NCBI GenBank assembly: GCA_002104905.1
Contig: MCFE01000745.1
Coordinates: 1-40,233, forward strand
Reading direction: 5' to 3'
Origin: Basidiobolus meristosporus CBS 931.73
Lineage: Eukaryota; Fungi; Basidiobolomycota
Length of the DNA: 40,233 bases
Of the stretch, positions 12,322 through 24,531 are shown in pieces (position 1 is the first letter of the stretch; each line of letters opens with the position of its first letter). The translations under genes were made by a program, and so were the position numbers. The notes beneath the pieces were generated by a model. That model saw nothing but the letters and a program-made list of their open reading frames with translations, made no database searches and was not told where the DNA came from.

Positions 12322-14362
12322 CATTCACGCATTCCCAAGTAATTCTCATGGCTTCACCAGGCTCTTGCATGTGAAAGACACGCACTTTTCACATAGTTCA
12401 GGTAACTGCTTACCTTCCCCCCTCCCTCTCAGTGAAATGCATCAGCCCAGTATTGTATTCCACGTACAAGTCGATGGTGTGGATAGCACTCCACTATTTA
12501 GCTCCCTTCACGGCCTTCATTTAGCTTATCAAATAAGAAACCAAATGTCATATTTGCCCTTTTTTTGATGTAAATTCTTACTAGAATAATAACCTCCATT
12601 TTCCCCATCCTGCGCATTCGGCTTTGACTGGTTATCGCCACCAGATGGTTCAAGCTTGTTTCGGGTTGGGTTGGCATGAAGGAGCTGCGTCACACATCCA
12701 AGGATTGGCCCATGGTTCTGGGGGGTTGGTCGTGTGGTTATCCGGGAAATGTGGAGGGTCGCCAAGGTATGATTTGGCTGGACGAATAGACGGCGGGTCG
12801 TCTAGGGCCAGGATCCCCGTTCATTGCTTAAATATGGATCTTGGTACCTATCTTTGGGATAGGTGCAGTGATGGGCTAGTAGCCTCCTGACGACCGATTC
12901 TCACACATGAACCAAATCCCACTCCATGCTCCAAGCAACGGCGCCTGTCCCACCTTCACATCATTACTGATCTGGGCCTGATAAAGGGCAGACGGGTGAC
13001 GGATGGGAATTGTCCGACGATCGGTTGATTGGTAAATGAGCGAACCTAACCCCAACATCGCCAATGGTCGCTTCTGCGGTGCATGCCATAGGGCCCATGC
13101 CCTTGGAACTGACCCAATGCTGACTAATGGGATATAGTGATGGCGAGAATCGGGGGCTCTGTTGCATCTTCACCAGCCTCTGCCCAAGCTTGGTAGGGGT
13201 ATCAGAGCTATCGAACACTCGACCTCTACTGGCTGGTCGCGGCTACTTATGTCCATTCCCTACGCTGTTCCATGACTCCATCCACACGGATTCGACCCCA
13301 TGGGCGGCGTGTTACGTCGACCATCCAGAGTGTCGATGGGTGAGTTTATCTGTGATAGGAGTCTCCGTCAAGTCCGCCAACCCCTCCATGCACGTGTCTA
13401 TCTTGGTAGACAACACTCGGGTGTACAACCAGGCTGAGCCCCACTTGGCGTATTGGGGCTAGCCATATATCAGCCGATGGTTACCCTCGTTGGGTTCTGG
13501 CCATTTTGTCTGGTCATTGCCGTTCACCGTGTCGCAGCAAGCGGTGTGATCACGGGCTGCCATGCGCATCTCCATCCATCCACCTAGCTAAATTACGTGC
13601 ATGTAGCTCTCTCAGCGGTGGAAGCTGCTATTAGGTACCTCATTGTTTGCACGATGGAATGATCGCTTGTGAAACACCAATCGCTGAATGGCACCTAAAG
13701 TGGTGCCATTGAAGAAATTCTCGCCCTGGGTGTTCCAATGGCAGTGTAGGACGGTAATTAGGCAGAGGTAGCACAATCAAAGTCGCCTCTTTTGGCGGAG
13801 GCCTACATTTTCAATCGATGCCCTCGCACCCGTCTTCTTCACGCTCCCAATCTGTTCGTGGAATCGAGGTGAAAAAAGGCCTGACGACTGTCAGGGATTT
13901 CTATATGCGTACGGTGCTGATGAGGTTCACTTTCTAGTTTGGGGTACATGTGCGGGATACCGCGCGTCAAGTTAGCGCCCGACAACGTCTCGAGCGGCCT
14001 CAAGAGGCGGGCCAAGCGTGGGCTTGCGGGGTTGACAAGCAGGCGGCGATGCCTTCTTGGCCTCCGAAGACCGTTGTTGTCGTTGTCGCCGCCGCTTGGA
14101 GTTGGCGGGCAGGCTGGATGACATCCCTCGCAAGGAATGCCATATCTAGAGTCTTGCCCAGAAAAGAAAATGATGTAACATTTCACAAATGAATGCGGCT
14201 CGGACAGCCCAATAGAAGCGGGTCACTCCCGGGTAAGAGTAGGGGTAGAGACTGACAATGAGTCCAAATATTGATGCACCGAATAGGCAGAAATGATGAG
14301 TTCATGTTACAGATAATTGCGATGGGTTATTTTGCTCCGTCGCATCGCTTGGAGCTCAGCCC

Positions 14363-14371
14363 TATATATAT
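14363..14371 (+). promoter_or_regulatory. Candidate TATA box of the GATA factor gene
   Basis: TATATATAT lies ~120 nt upstream of ATG 14489 and is followed by a pyrimidine-rich stretch. Position only, no experimental support. Confidence 0.35.
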
Positions 14372-14488
14372 CGGTGCTCCGGCGGTCCACCAGAATTCTA
14401 TTTTCTATCCGCTTCACTCGGTTTCCTCCCCTAGATTACCATTCGGATTCATCGCGAGACAAGTGCTTAGGTTGCTGCTTCAAGTTCA

Positions 14489-15757
14489 ATGAGCCTTCAA
14501 GAAACCCATCCCCACGTCGGTACACAAAAAGCAGTCCCCTCCTCCGTCCAAGAACACTGCTCCAAGAAGCCTAGCCATCATACTAATGTTTGTGTCATCT
14601 GTGGGACCACCACCACCCCGTTGTGGAGACGTTCACCGGAGGGAGAGGCCATCTGCAACGCATGTGGCCTGTACCAGAAATCCCATGCTGCCGGATGTGC
14701 CAGCGAGCCAAAGAGAGCCCTACTAAAGAGAGTGTCGCCCAGTGATGAGGATCATGATGACACTCACTCATCCGAGAGCCAAGAAAAAGCCATAAACATC
14801 TATTCCACTGGAAATCGTTGTCCATTGATATGTAGCAATTGCGGGACCGACACCACCCCGTTGTGGCGTCGGGACGAGTCGGGGACAACTATATGTAATG
14901 CGTGTGGTTTGTATTTCAAGTTGCATGGTGTGCACCGACCCGTAAGTATGAAACGCTCGGTGATCAAAAGGAGAAAGAGAAACCTACACCACGGGGACGT
15001 AACCCCTCATTTGAGGGCTACCGGGTTGTGTGAGGAGAGCAGGGAGCCAAGGAGAGTCCGCTGTCATCATGGTCACGACCACTGCTCCAGATCGAGGTCC
15101 GAGCCTCTCCATCACAGCCACCATGACTGCTGCCCCAAGAAAAGCATTCCTGAGAACGAATGTGTGGTAAAGTGTCATCAGCACGAACATTGCTGCAGTA
15201 GGGCCGGTGGGATTTCTCGGCCGCAACCGAGACTGCTCCCGAACTCCCCTGATTTCAGGAGATCTACTGCCCCGCACCCATCCATGTCCGGGGACAATGT
15301 CCATGCCCACTCCCCCTCGTACAAATCTTCGTCACTTTCTCCAAACCTACAGAGCTCCGACTCCTCCTCCCCGAACTCTCCTAAGCCATCGGAAGCATAC
15401 CCACCGCTGGTCCATGATGTCTCCCGCCTGACCCTTCCACCAATCCAAACCCTCCCGTTCATCGCCCAAGGATCATCGAGCCCCAAGGGCCTTCAGCCCG
15501 TCCACGACCTTTCCTTCCCCGCACCAAACCAATTCACACGGGAAGATCTTAAGGTCCATCGACAGGAGCTCCAGCGAGAGATCTCTCATCTCACTATGCT
15601 CCTGTCTCGTACATCAAGTATGCTTGCCGGCCTTGATCATATGATCGAACCTCCCGCATCAGGCACATCGTTCCTTCCTGGCCAGCCCCATGCCAACCTC
15701 GAGCAGAAGTTCGCCTATCCGCAGGTAGTAGCACCCGCTTGGTCACAGCAGAGCTAA
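14489..15757 (+). CDS. GATA transcription factor with two C-X2-C-X17-C-X2-C fingers, SreA/Fep1/Urbs1-like architecture, 422 aa, apparently intronless
   Basis: Finger 1 [25 protein letters not shown] (14591-14665). Finger 2 [25 protein letters not shown] followed by [25 protein letters not shown] (finger 14831-14905). C-terminal coiled-coil-like [22 protein letters not shown]. The GATA family call is secure; orthology to iron regulators is inferred. Confidence 0.88.
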   Translation: MSLQETHPHVGTQKAVPSSVQEHCSKKPSHHTNVCVICGTTTTPLWRRSPEGEAICNACGLYQKSHAAGCASEPKRALLKRVSPSDEDHDDTHSSESQEKAINIYSTGNRCPLICSNCGTDTTPLWRRDESGTTICNACGLYFKLHGVHRPVSMKRSVIKRRKRNLHHGDVTPHLRATGLCEESREPRRVRCHHGHDHCSRSRSEPLHHSHHDCCPKKSIPENECVVKCHQHEHCCSRAGGISRPQPRLLPNSPDFRRSTAPHPSMSGDNVHAHSPSYKSSSLSPNLQSSDSSSPNSPKPSEAYPPLVHDVSRLTLPPIQTLPFIAQGSSSPKGLQPVHDLSFPAPNQFTREDLKVHRQELQREISHLTMLLSRTSSMLAGLDHMIEPPASGTSFLPGQPHANLEQKFAYPQVVAPAWSQQS

Positions 15758-17500
15758 GGGCCGACGCATCACTGATTGTCCGCAACCCCCAACGAGACTG
15801 TAATATTTTGCGGCATTTGTTCCCCCTCGCCGTCATCCAACGTAGCAGAGCCCGTCACTGCCAAACGTGGAGCATCTGTACATTTCTCTTATCCGACTCG
15901 TTCTCGCCGAACGGAGATGCGGATCTTCCACTGCCCTAATCTTCCATGATTCTCCAGTAGCAATCATTCAATGGAAGGTTTCTCTTTCCCCTTCACCCCT
16001 GTACGAATCTATAGACAAATAAATTAGACTTGCTGAATGTTTTATCTGGACTCGTTTGACATTCTCGGCTCGTTGCTTTTCTACGACGGCATGACCCAAA
16101 TCCACACCAAGCGCTCGGCATCCTTCGAATGTGCTCTTGGGAGGATGATGGCGAGGAGGGGTCAGGCATTCACCTTTCCGCTTGATGTGCCTCGGGGAGG
16201 CAAGGGACCCTTTGACTGCTCGGAGGGTTTCCAGCTTTTGGACATCCACCACCGCACTGCATGCTGATTTGGATCTCTCTCGCTGTTGTGAACCCTCCTC
16301 ATTACACAAGCCCATAAGCACCGCCACCCCCATTTCTACGCTATCTTCCCTTGGTTCCACAAGTTGAAAACAATCGCGTCGCACCGTGGGATAGGGGTAG
16401 CTTCGTAACACATGCTTCGATGGATTTTCTGGACCATTGCAGTGTGGTTGCACACTCTTTGATTTGTCGAGTCAAGGAAACAAGGGGTTTCACCGTGCAT
16501 CCATCGGCATCAGGTGCACTTTTCTTGCCCAGAAGCTATTGGGGACTCGCTCCCCATGAGACTTCTTTGCACATCAGCCACCAGGTGAAATCCCCTCTGC
16601 TCCAGAAATTCCGATGGTCCCCTACAATGCCAGATTCTGGTTCCGATAGGTAACTTAGGGTAGAGGACTCTAGTGGGTGGCATACTTACTCTTTTTTACT
16701 CCCACTTGTTGGCCACAACATGTTGCATTCATGTACACACACTGACTGAATCTAGTATGTTTCCGTTCGTGTCATACCATTCCATGAAAAGCCTGATGCT
16801 CTGCATTATGGCATTTTGGATTGTTGAGGGGATGTCTGAATCGTGTATACCGATCCATTAATGGGTTGTGTAAGTACACCAACTTACCAAAGAAAGTTAA
16901 GATGCTGGTGCCAACAAGACTCAGCTCTCTGAAAACCTTCCACCCAACCTCTATCCACCTAAACCAGTGGACTAAACGAGCCACATTTGATTCGAAGCAC
17001 ATCTTGTAGCTCGCAACAGTTGCTCGCGAGAATACTAGCATTGGTGCATTCCGAATCTTTCTAGTGAGCGAGTTGCATGGGCGTCCTAAAAGTACCTGGG
17101 ACCAATAGGGGTGTGCAGAGTGCGGAGAGTGGCATCAAGTAGCAATGGGTATGTACTACCAAAGGATATCGGTGCTTGCAGATCAATGGTATATGGGTGT
17201 TGTGCAGTGGCTTATGATAAAAGAGCAAAGTTGGTTCAGTGGTTTTGGTAGCTTTGCCTCTTGAGGAAGTTCTGGGATACACTTAATCGTGGCGAAATGG
17301 CCCGCCACTGACGGCTACATTCTCTTCAGGACTTAACAAATGTCTGACTGTAGAGGAAATTGCATTGCATTTGCAACCTTCAAACTTAATTTTACTTATG
17401 AATATCAATTGTAAACCACCGCTATATGATAAAAATAAGGCCGCGATATGGATGGCAAAGATGCCACCTCCGCACATGCGACAGGCTTCATTGTCTCACA

Positions 17501-19904
17501 TCAGTCCATATCCATATCACTACGGCTTTGGAGTTCTTTGTCAGGGGATATATGCGCGTCACCGGGTGGATCCAGCATGTATACGTCTTCATCGGAACAC
17601 TCGGTCGATGAGCCGACTCCGATGGTTCGAAGTCTTTCGATCCATCCCTCCGCACGCTCAACTGTATCCTTGAAGATGCCGACCACGCTTTGTAGCATGA
17701 TCAGGGACTCGGTCGCGAATGTCAACACCATCTGAGCCGATTCATTGATGTTGAGGTGAGGATTGGAGTGTGGCGAGGTGGGAGTCAACAGTGGCGACGA
17801 TAGTGGTGAGGTGTTAAGGCTTTGGCTGTTTAATGATGCCTGGGGAAACCCATGGACCAAGGCCGGGAATTAGCATGATGTTCAACATGACTCAAGCGAC
17901 TGGAAACACTCACCCATCTCCATGGAAGATTCAGTATGAAGTTCCGTACTCGGCGCCTAGCTTCTCCAGGCAGGCAAGCCCCAGCATATCGTTGGACAAC
18001 ATCGACAACTTTTCGTAGTGTCTCAATGACCTCCCGCTTGATATGGGATAGGGTGGAGGTCGTGTTCACGGTGACAACTGTTGAGGATGAATTGGATGAG
18101 TCGGCTGCGCTGACCAGGAATTGCCGTAATAGAGAGATCTGGCGATCAATGTTGACTGTTGCGTACTAAACGGCCACAATAATACTTTAGTAAAGCGGTC
18201 GTCCCGGACGGATGTCTGGGAGTGAATCGGACTCTGAAGACTTACCTGTAACCATTGCAGGCAATACTTAAGAGCCTTCATACTCTCCTCACTGAATGCG
18301 GCAGCTCCAGCCCCAGCTGCGGTAGAGGCTTCTACTAGATATTGCTCCCATCGGCTTCGGGGAGCAATGCTGTGAGATGAAAGGGAGACTGCATTCTTGA
18401 GGTCGGTATTATCATCAGGAGTATAATCTACAGGGGAAATCCCAAAGCTCAACCACGTAAGAACACAATGATTCGAGTGGAAAGAATAGAATCGTGTCCT
18501 GTTACATACCCTGCTCTTCTCTGGAGCTTTTGTCGTTTTTCCGCTTTCGTAGATCCTGTCTATTCTCCCAATGTTGGCTGGAATCTCGCACGCCGTAGAT
18601 GTTGGTTGCCACTACCATTGATGACTCGTTTCCAGTGTCTCTGACATGGGGATCCAAATCCTCGAAATCAATGTCCCTAGTCTCGTCATCTGAGCTGGGA
18701 CTGGAAGACCGACCCATAAGTGAAGGGTATCTACGGCCAAGCTATTATAGACAGAAGGATTAGACCCCGCATACTAACAGTTCAATATGGGCTTGTTACC
18801 GAATCCAACTGGCGACACCCAAACTCGTCCAGGAAGGATCCGAGACGCGGCTCCAGCTTGTTCAGCACCGGTTTACAAAGGTTCTCCACCGTCTCGGCAG
18901 AATACTATTGGTGACAACCCGATTAGTCTACGCCCGGGACTGCGAAATAGAGCAACGACCACGCTTGGAACTGGTGGCCGGCAACGATTTCTCGGAATAG
19001 TGTTAAAAAGCCCCACCTTCACAACTTTCGAATTGGCCTTACTCTGCTCATAAAAGCGCAACGCTGAGTTGACTATCGGGATACTGGACACTCTTGATAT
19101 GAAGTGGTCAGGAGGTGCAATGAATTGGCTAGAGCCCGGGGTCATGTCCGTGGAGAATGCTCCTTGACTTGATGTCTGCGAATCTATGACGGAACAATTG
19201 ATCCAATATCGATGCAGTCATGGATAAGTTTGGATTCGCAAATAATGGTTACTTGAATATATCAAAGAATCAATTTCAACAGGAAAATTGTTCAAACCAG
19301 AGTCACTCATATCCGAGAAGTAAAACCCCGAGGCCGCACTCATCCCAGCTGGCACAGGTCTAGGTGCTACTAATTCGTATTCGGGGAGTTTCCCAAGGGC
19401 GATCTTTGATAGCCTACTTCCTACTGTAAATTCGTTAGACTGTTCTGGTTCTTCTTCTCTCTCATCCTCACTGATCAACTCTCCGTCCTCGTTTGAATTA
19501 CACAGCTGAGTTATTGACATGGGTGAGGTATCTGGCTTCACGGTGCGCGATCTAGAGCCGGAGCGGGACTTTCGCCGGTATCGAGTTGGACGAGACCCAC
19601 GCTCAGGCAAGTCCGGGTGCCTTTTCGCTGTATACTTTTTGTCGCAACCAAGGCCCTCTTCGAAATTACTTGGGTATAGAAAGGGTTGTTCTTCGGGAAG
19701 ATAGTGTAGAGATGGGTGTAAGTGATCGATTTCCGCACTCTCCTTATCAAGAGAAGCTATAGAGGATATAGGGCTGGACATGGAGTGAGAAAACGAGTCC
19801 TCAGTTGGAGTCAAAATCTCTGCCGCCACCAATGCATCATTCCGTATGTTCTTTCTTTGCGGAATAATGGTTGGAATACTCTCACTAGTTTCAGACACAC
19901 CCAT
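17501..19904 (-). CDS. Opi1-family transcriptional repressor (multi-exon)
   Basis: Manual splicing with all GT-AG introns gives HFISRVSSIPIVNSALRFYEQSKANSKVVK|YSAETVENLCKPVLNKL...FLDEFGCRQLD, SRWEQYLVEAS..AGAGAAAFSEESMKALKYCLQWLQ|YATVNIDRQI, IKREVIETLRKVVDVVQRYAGACLPGEARRRVRNFILNLPWRW and AQMVLTFATESLIMLQSVVGIFKDTVERAEGWIERL. These are the conserved blocks of the fungal Opi1 family. The start codon is less certain. Confidence 0.85.
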
Positions 19905-22436
19905 GCTCTCAGGAGGATTAATATAAAGTTACTGTGAGACCTGTAGCGTTAAGGGTGTTATACAGCTACGAAGAATGAACGGGGGAACTTAGGAAAGGAT
20001 GGCTTCACTGGCGATAGCGAAGGCAAGTGTGCACATAAAGCCTCAATGAAGTGAAGCCTGTAACTTGGTCTGCTTAGTTTAATAAGTTGAGGGGATTAGT
20101 GAGTTTTTGGTAGGAGCTGTAGCTCACACGACTTCCGTCTTATCACTGGGGCTATCTGACCAGAGCGAACAGTTAATTACGTTAAGCTTATTTGATGTAT
20201 CCTCGTAACACCGCCAAAAGAAAAAGAGGCTGTCAGAGCTTTGCCAACTTTACGTCCGAGGGTAGCAGTGAAAGGTGGACAAAGGCTGTAAAACAGCAGT
20301 CCTCGTTTTTTAGCCTGCCTCGCCCTCTATTCCCCCTCACCCTCCGTACATTATATGATGATATGTGCTCTAATCAACCACCTCCTATCAAGTATTTTAT
20401 ATAGTTTCATACTAGTAGCCCTGTCCAAGGAGGGAGTATGCTCCCCCAGGGCATCGGCTAATGGGAATGACGATCTTAATTATGAGGAATTCGAAGTATT
20501 TTTACTAAACGTGTCTGATCAGCTTGAATGAATCAGAGCGCATACAACTAGGGAACATCAATTGTATTCGTCATTGAGAGAAACCATGAATCAAGCTCCT
20601 GAGATTGTCGATGGAATAACTCAGTGGATTTCAATCGAGCACTGTGTACGACAGAGGATCATTTCTACCTTCTACAAGGGACAAGATGTGCAAATAAATA
20701 TACATTGGCCACAGTCACGAGGTAATGGAGCATGTGCTGGAGGTTGCTTGCCCTTCAGCATCTTAGAATACCACCAACCCCAAGCTAGGCCACCATCACT
20801 ACTGGAGATCTAACCCCTAGAAAACCCCATATATGCCTCAGTCCCAAATGGTTGCTAGGCAGATGGATCAAACTGAAGAAATCAAACAAAAGTTCCATAT
20901 GTTTAGCTTCCATGAAAGTTTCTGAAGCAACTCCACTTTTCCTACTAGTAGTAACCTGCTACCACATCTTCATCACATGGATGGGGCCACTGAAGATTCA
21001 ACTTTCCAAGGGCTGAGCCCAAGGCCACCCCCTGCTTCAGACCTAGGTATGCAATGCACTGCCTCTAGGCGGCGTTACTGGTAGTAAAGGACAACGGGTA
21101 GGTTAAGGGAATCATAAGCAAGGACTGGCCCAGCTCTATGCATTAAGCAGAAATATCAAACACAGTGCCATCACGTCATCACTGCTGGTGAAGCCAAGTT
21201 TCTACTCTGAAGAGATTCCGCGGGATTTCTGAAACAATGCGATAATTTTTGGGATCCCTGGATGCTATTGACAGCTGCTCGGTAAATATGCAAGGACAGC
21301 CAACCAGTTGTGGAGATCCTGACAAAAACTGATCAGAATCATTGGTACCAGCAAGGCCTCAGATGCACTGGGAAAACCCAGCCGAGCCTGTTGACCAGAC
21401 ACCGAGGATTGCACCTAGTCCCCAAGCGCTCCACAGCCTAAGCCCACACGAGCATGCTGCCATGCATGCACCAACTGGTGATCCATACTTCTGGTTACTC
21501 AGGGCCTACTAACCACTGACCTTTCACCACCCCTGAAGCACTTGGTAATCCCCATCTGGAAGAACTCTAATTTGCTGATTAGCAATGGCTAGATTATCAT
21601 CCCAATCAAATAACAAATAAATGTTACGACCAGCCTAAGCAATGTCGTCACACACCTAACGCTACGACATTTCCACTCGCCCATGCGCTCCCATTGCCAC
21701 TAGTTCCACCTATCCAACCCCGGTTACCAATCAAACTAGATTCCCTGCTGGAATGGCGCATGGAAGGGTGGTTTCATGTGGTCTGTGATTATGATTGAAG
21801 ATCAGAATCCTAGTGGTGGACAAATTGCATTTTCTGCTTCGGAAAATTTGCCGAAAAGGACTTTTTTGGCTAATGGCCTGGGATTGGTTCGTGGTATCCT
21901 TAACGATTCCGAGTGATCAGTGTCCTTGCAAACACTACTGCCATAGGCTCCCTGCCACGCACGGCTGAATTGGATTATGGAGATTGATAAATTTATACAT
22001 ATTTGTTGATCCATTTCTGATGCCCCACTATATCTAGACCTGGGTTGATACTTGGTTTTCGGGACAAATGAGAAGCACAAATGGTGCCTCTTGCGACCAC
22101 GCTATTTTGTGTGAATAGATGAATTGATGGAGAAATCAATTGAATTCACTCTTTTAGGATAATTATCATTCGATGCCTTATCCTGAGCTGCTTTTGTTTT
22201 AATTTGATTCTCTGCGATTGCTACTTATTCTAAAGATTACTCGGGTTTGACCGCAATAAACCTCCCCTGTCGCAATATCTCAACCTTCTTCGAACTTGCT
22301 CCAGTACCCGTTTTGAGAACGAGTTATCTTGAACAGCTTGAGAATTGGCTTTCATTCCTTCAGCAAATCTACCCAATATCATAACTGTTATACGCCGTAC
22401 TGTTGAGACTTGTGCTTCAATTTGTCTGCTCTGGAT

Positions 22437-24531
22437 ATGGACGAGGGTCTCTCATACCAATTTGCCCCAGTAAATCAGAAAAGACATTCCCGCCATGAGT
22501 TGTAAGTGCCCTGCGTCGCTTTTTCCTAGACCGCCCTCTTGGCCCCGTTTCGGAGAGCACTCACTAATGCCAATTTCCCCTTCCACTCATAGAAAGTTCG
22601 ACCTGACGTTGCGACAGCAGCCTAAACAGTCAAGAATGTGTGGCATTGGTGAAAAGGGTAGAGAATGACCAAACATGGGGCTTCTACCTATGATTTATGA
22701 CTGATCTCGTATTTCGTTCCTTCAGCGGATAGACGACCTATTGATCCACCACCGATTATTCAGCTCAGGGTGTCCGATGCGTCAATGAAGCATGATAAAA
22801 CGTGAGTACAACCTTTCGCTGGATATATGTCCCTGGAGATGCTGCGTTCTTTTACTCACACGTGCCCTCCTCTATTCGAAGAACTTTTCTCTACAACCCC
22901 TACTATTTTATGTACGCGTCTCTGATGCTTGCGGACTCGGATGAGGAGATGCACTTGCTTCATGACGGGAAGACGCGCTCCACAACCGGGTCGTTGGTGT
23001 CTTCCCTGTATCATTTGAAAGACGTCAACAACTCCGACGGTGGATTCTTTGTGTTTCCTGACTTATCTGTCCGTATGGAAGGAAGATACCGCCTGAAATT
23101 CACTCTTTTCGAGATAGTAGGGTAAGTGAAGGTACCCTAGCTTCTGTGGATGTACTTACCATGGCTAATCCCTTGCTTTCTTGGGCTTAGAATGGAGGTT
23201 TTCTTCTGTAGATCCATCTGCTCCGATGTCTTCACCGTGTACTCCGCCAAACGGTTTCCCGGCATGGAGGGTACTTGTACTTGCTACCACTCGTCGCTCA
23301 CTGCTGCATACTAATTTCCGATGTCTTTCCACACCAGAATCCACTTTTTTATCGCGCTCATTTGCTGACCAGGGATTGAAAATCCGTATCCGAAAAGAAG
23401 TGCGAATTAGAAGGTATGTCGTACTAGACAAATGCCACTCTATCATCTATTTACCTTTCTTTAACCAGACGTGGAAGCAAGTGGAAAGAGAACGCAGGCT
23501 CCCCGTCGGACAGGGACACACAGAAGTTCCAAAGTCGGAGTCCTTCCAGTGCGAAAGCTAATGAGCCTGATAACAAAGAGTCTGAAGGCTCCGGCTGGTC
23601 AGAAGAGGAAAACATGGATGTCGACGAAAGGCGAAAACGATATTCAGAGGATAAAGGTTACAACCCGGTCAATAAGAGAAGACCAACCGAGAGCGCCATG
23701 TATCAACCCATAGAATTCTCGAGCTTACCCACACCAGCGTTCGCTCGTTCATCTCAACCACCTTTTACCCATACCAACCAGCCATATTCTGAGCCACAGG
23801 GCCCTATCAAAAGCTCCTCCTCCAGTCAAGGCGGGTTTGTCTCGCCGATGGCCACCAAGCCGCTGCAGTACCAGCATCCAACCGGATTCAGCTTCAATGC
23901 TCTACAAACACGGCCTACTTCAAATATCCGCAGCATCCTCAATTCAGAGCAGCTGCCAAGAGAAGCGCACCCGGATGCTGCAAGGGGTAAAGCACTCCAC
24001 GAGTTAACATCGCACCCACTCAGCGCCCTCCCATTCACGACATCTCGCTCGGACAGTAAATCAGTACTCTCTATCCAGAACATTATATCTCCAGAAAGCG
24101 GGCCATATCCTGCCCCAATTCCCATACCACCCCTCATCGCCGACTCTTATCTGGAGCGAAAAGAGCATGATTCATACCAGGGAGCTGCGTTTGAACACAA
24201 CGCATCGGACAGGTCGCTGGAGAGAGCCCACCCGATGTACTCACCAGGGGTAGGGAGCATTGGACCTACCGGTTCACAACGCCCCAGATGGCCCGAGACT
24301 CCAATCCCGACCAGTCATTCAATGTACCAGGACGCTGCTCTACCGGACCACCCCGGCTACAGCCATCCACCTAACGCAGGGCTAAGCAGCAACCCCATCG
24401 GCCGTCTACCCAATATCAGCTCGCTTATCAACCCCACAATACAACCATCCGAAGCGTCAGTGCCGCAGTACGAACACTCCAATACCACGCAGCTCGGCAA
24501 CCGATCCAATAGATATAACCAATTTCAATGA
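22437..24531 (+). CDS. Velvet-domain regulator (VosA-like: N-terminal velvet domain, long S/P-rich C-terminus), multi-exon
   Basis: MDEGLSYQF...HEL|KFDLTLRQQPKQSRMCGIGEK|ADRRPIDPPPIIQL (first intron 22502-22592), TGSLVSSLYHLKD...GGFFVFPDLSVRMEGRYRLKFTLFEI and SDVFTVYSAKRFPGME|ESTFLSRSFADQGLKIRIRKE are velvet signature motifs. The last exon joins in frame to ORF 23614..24531. Confidence 0.92.

Noticed and set aside
12368-12376. CATGTGAAA (UAS-INO/ICRE-like) in a window containing an Opi1 homologue
   Set aside because: It is a single site just downstream of a stop codon, consistent with chance.
13198-13208. GGTATCAGAGC, resembling the plant tRNAiMet 3'-end PBS (TGGTATCAGAGC)
   Set aside because: It lacks the 5' T, no LTR end (CA) precedes it, and no retroelement ORF is nearby; likely chance.
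13687-13710. Perfect 9-bp inverted repeat AATGGCACC-N6-GGTGCCATT
   Set aside because: About one such hairpin is expected by chance in a window this size, and it has no supporting context.
14293-14299. ATGATGA box C-like motif (snoRNA?)
   Set aside because: No box D (CTGA) or terminal stem at a suitable distance.
14594-14870. Identical 16-nt stretch (CACCACCCCGTTGTGG) in both GATA fingers, suggesting recent duplication
   Set aside because: The rest of the fingers differ at many synonymous sites; the conserved TTPLW codons explain the match.
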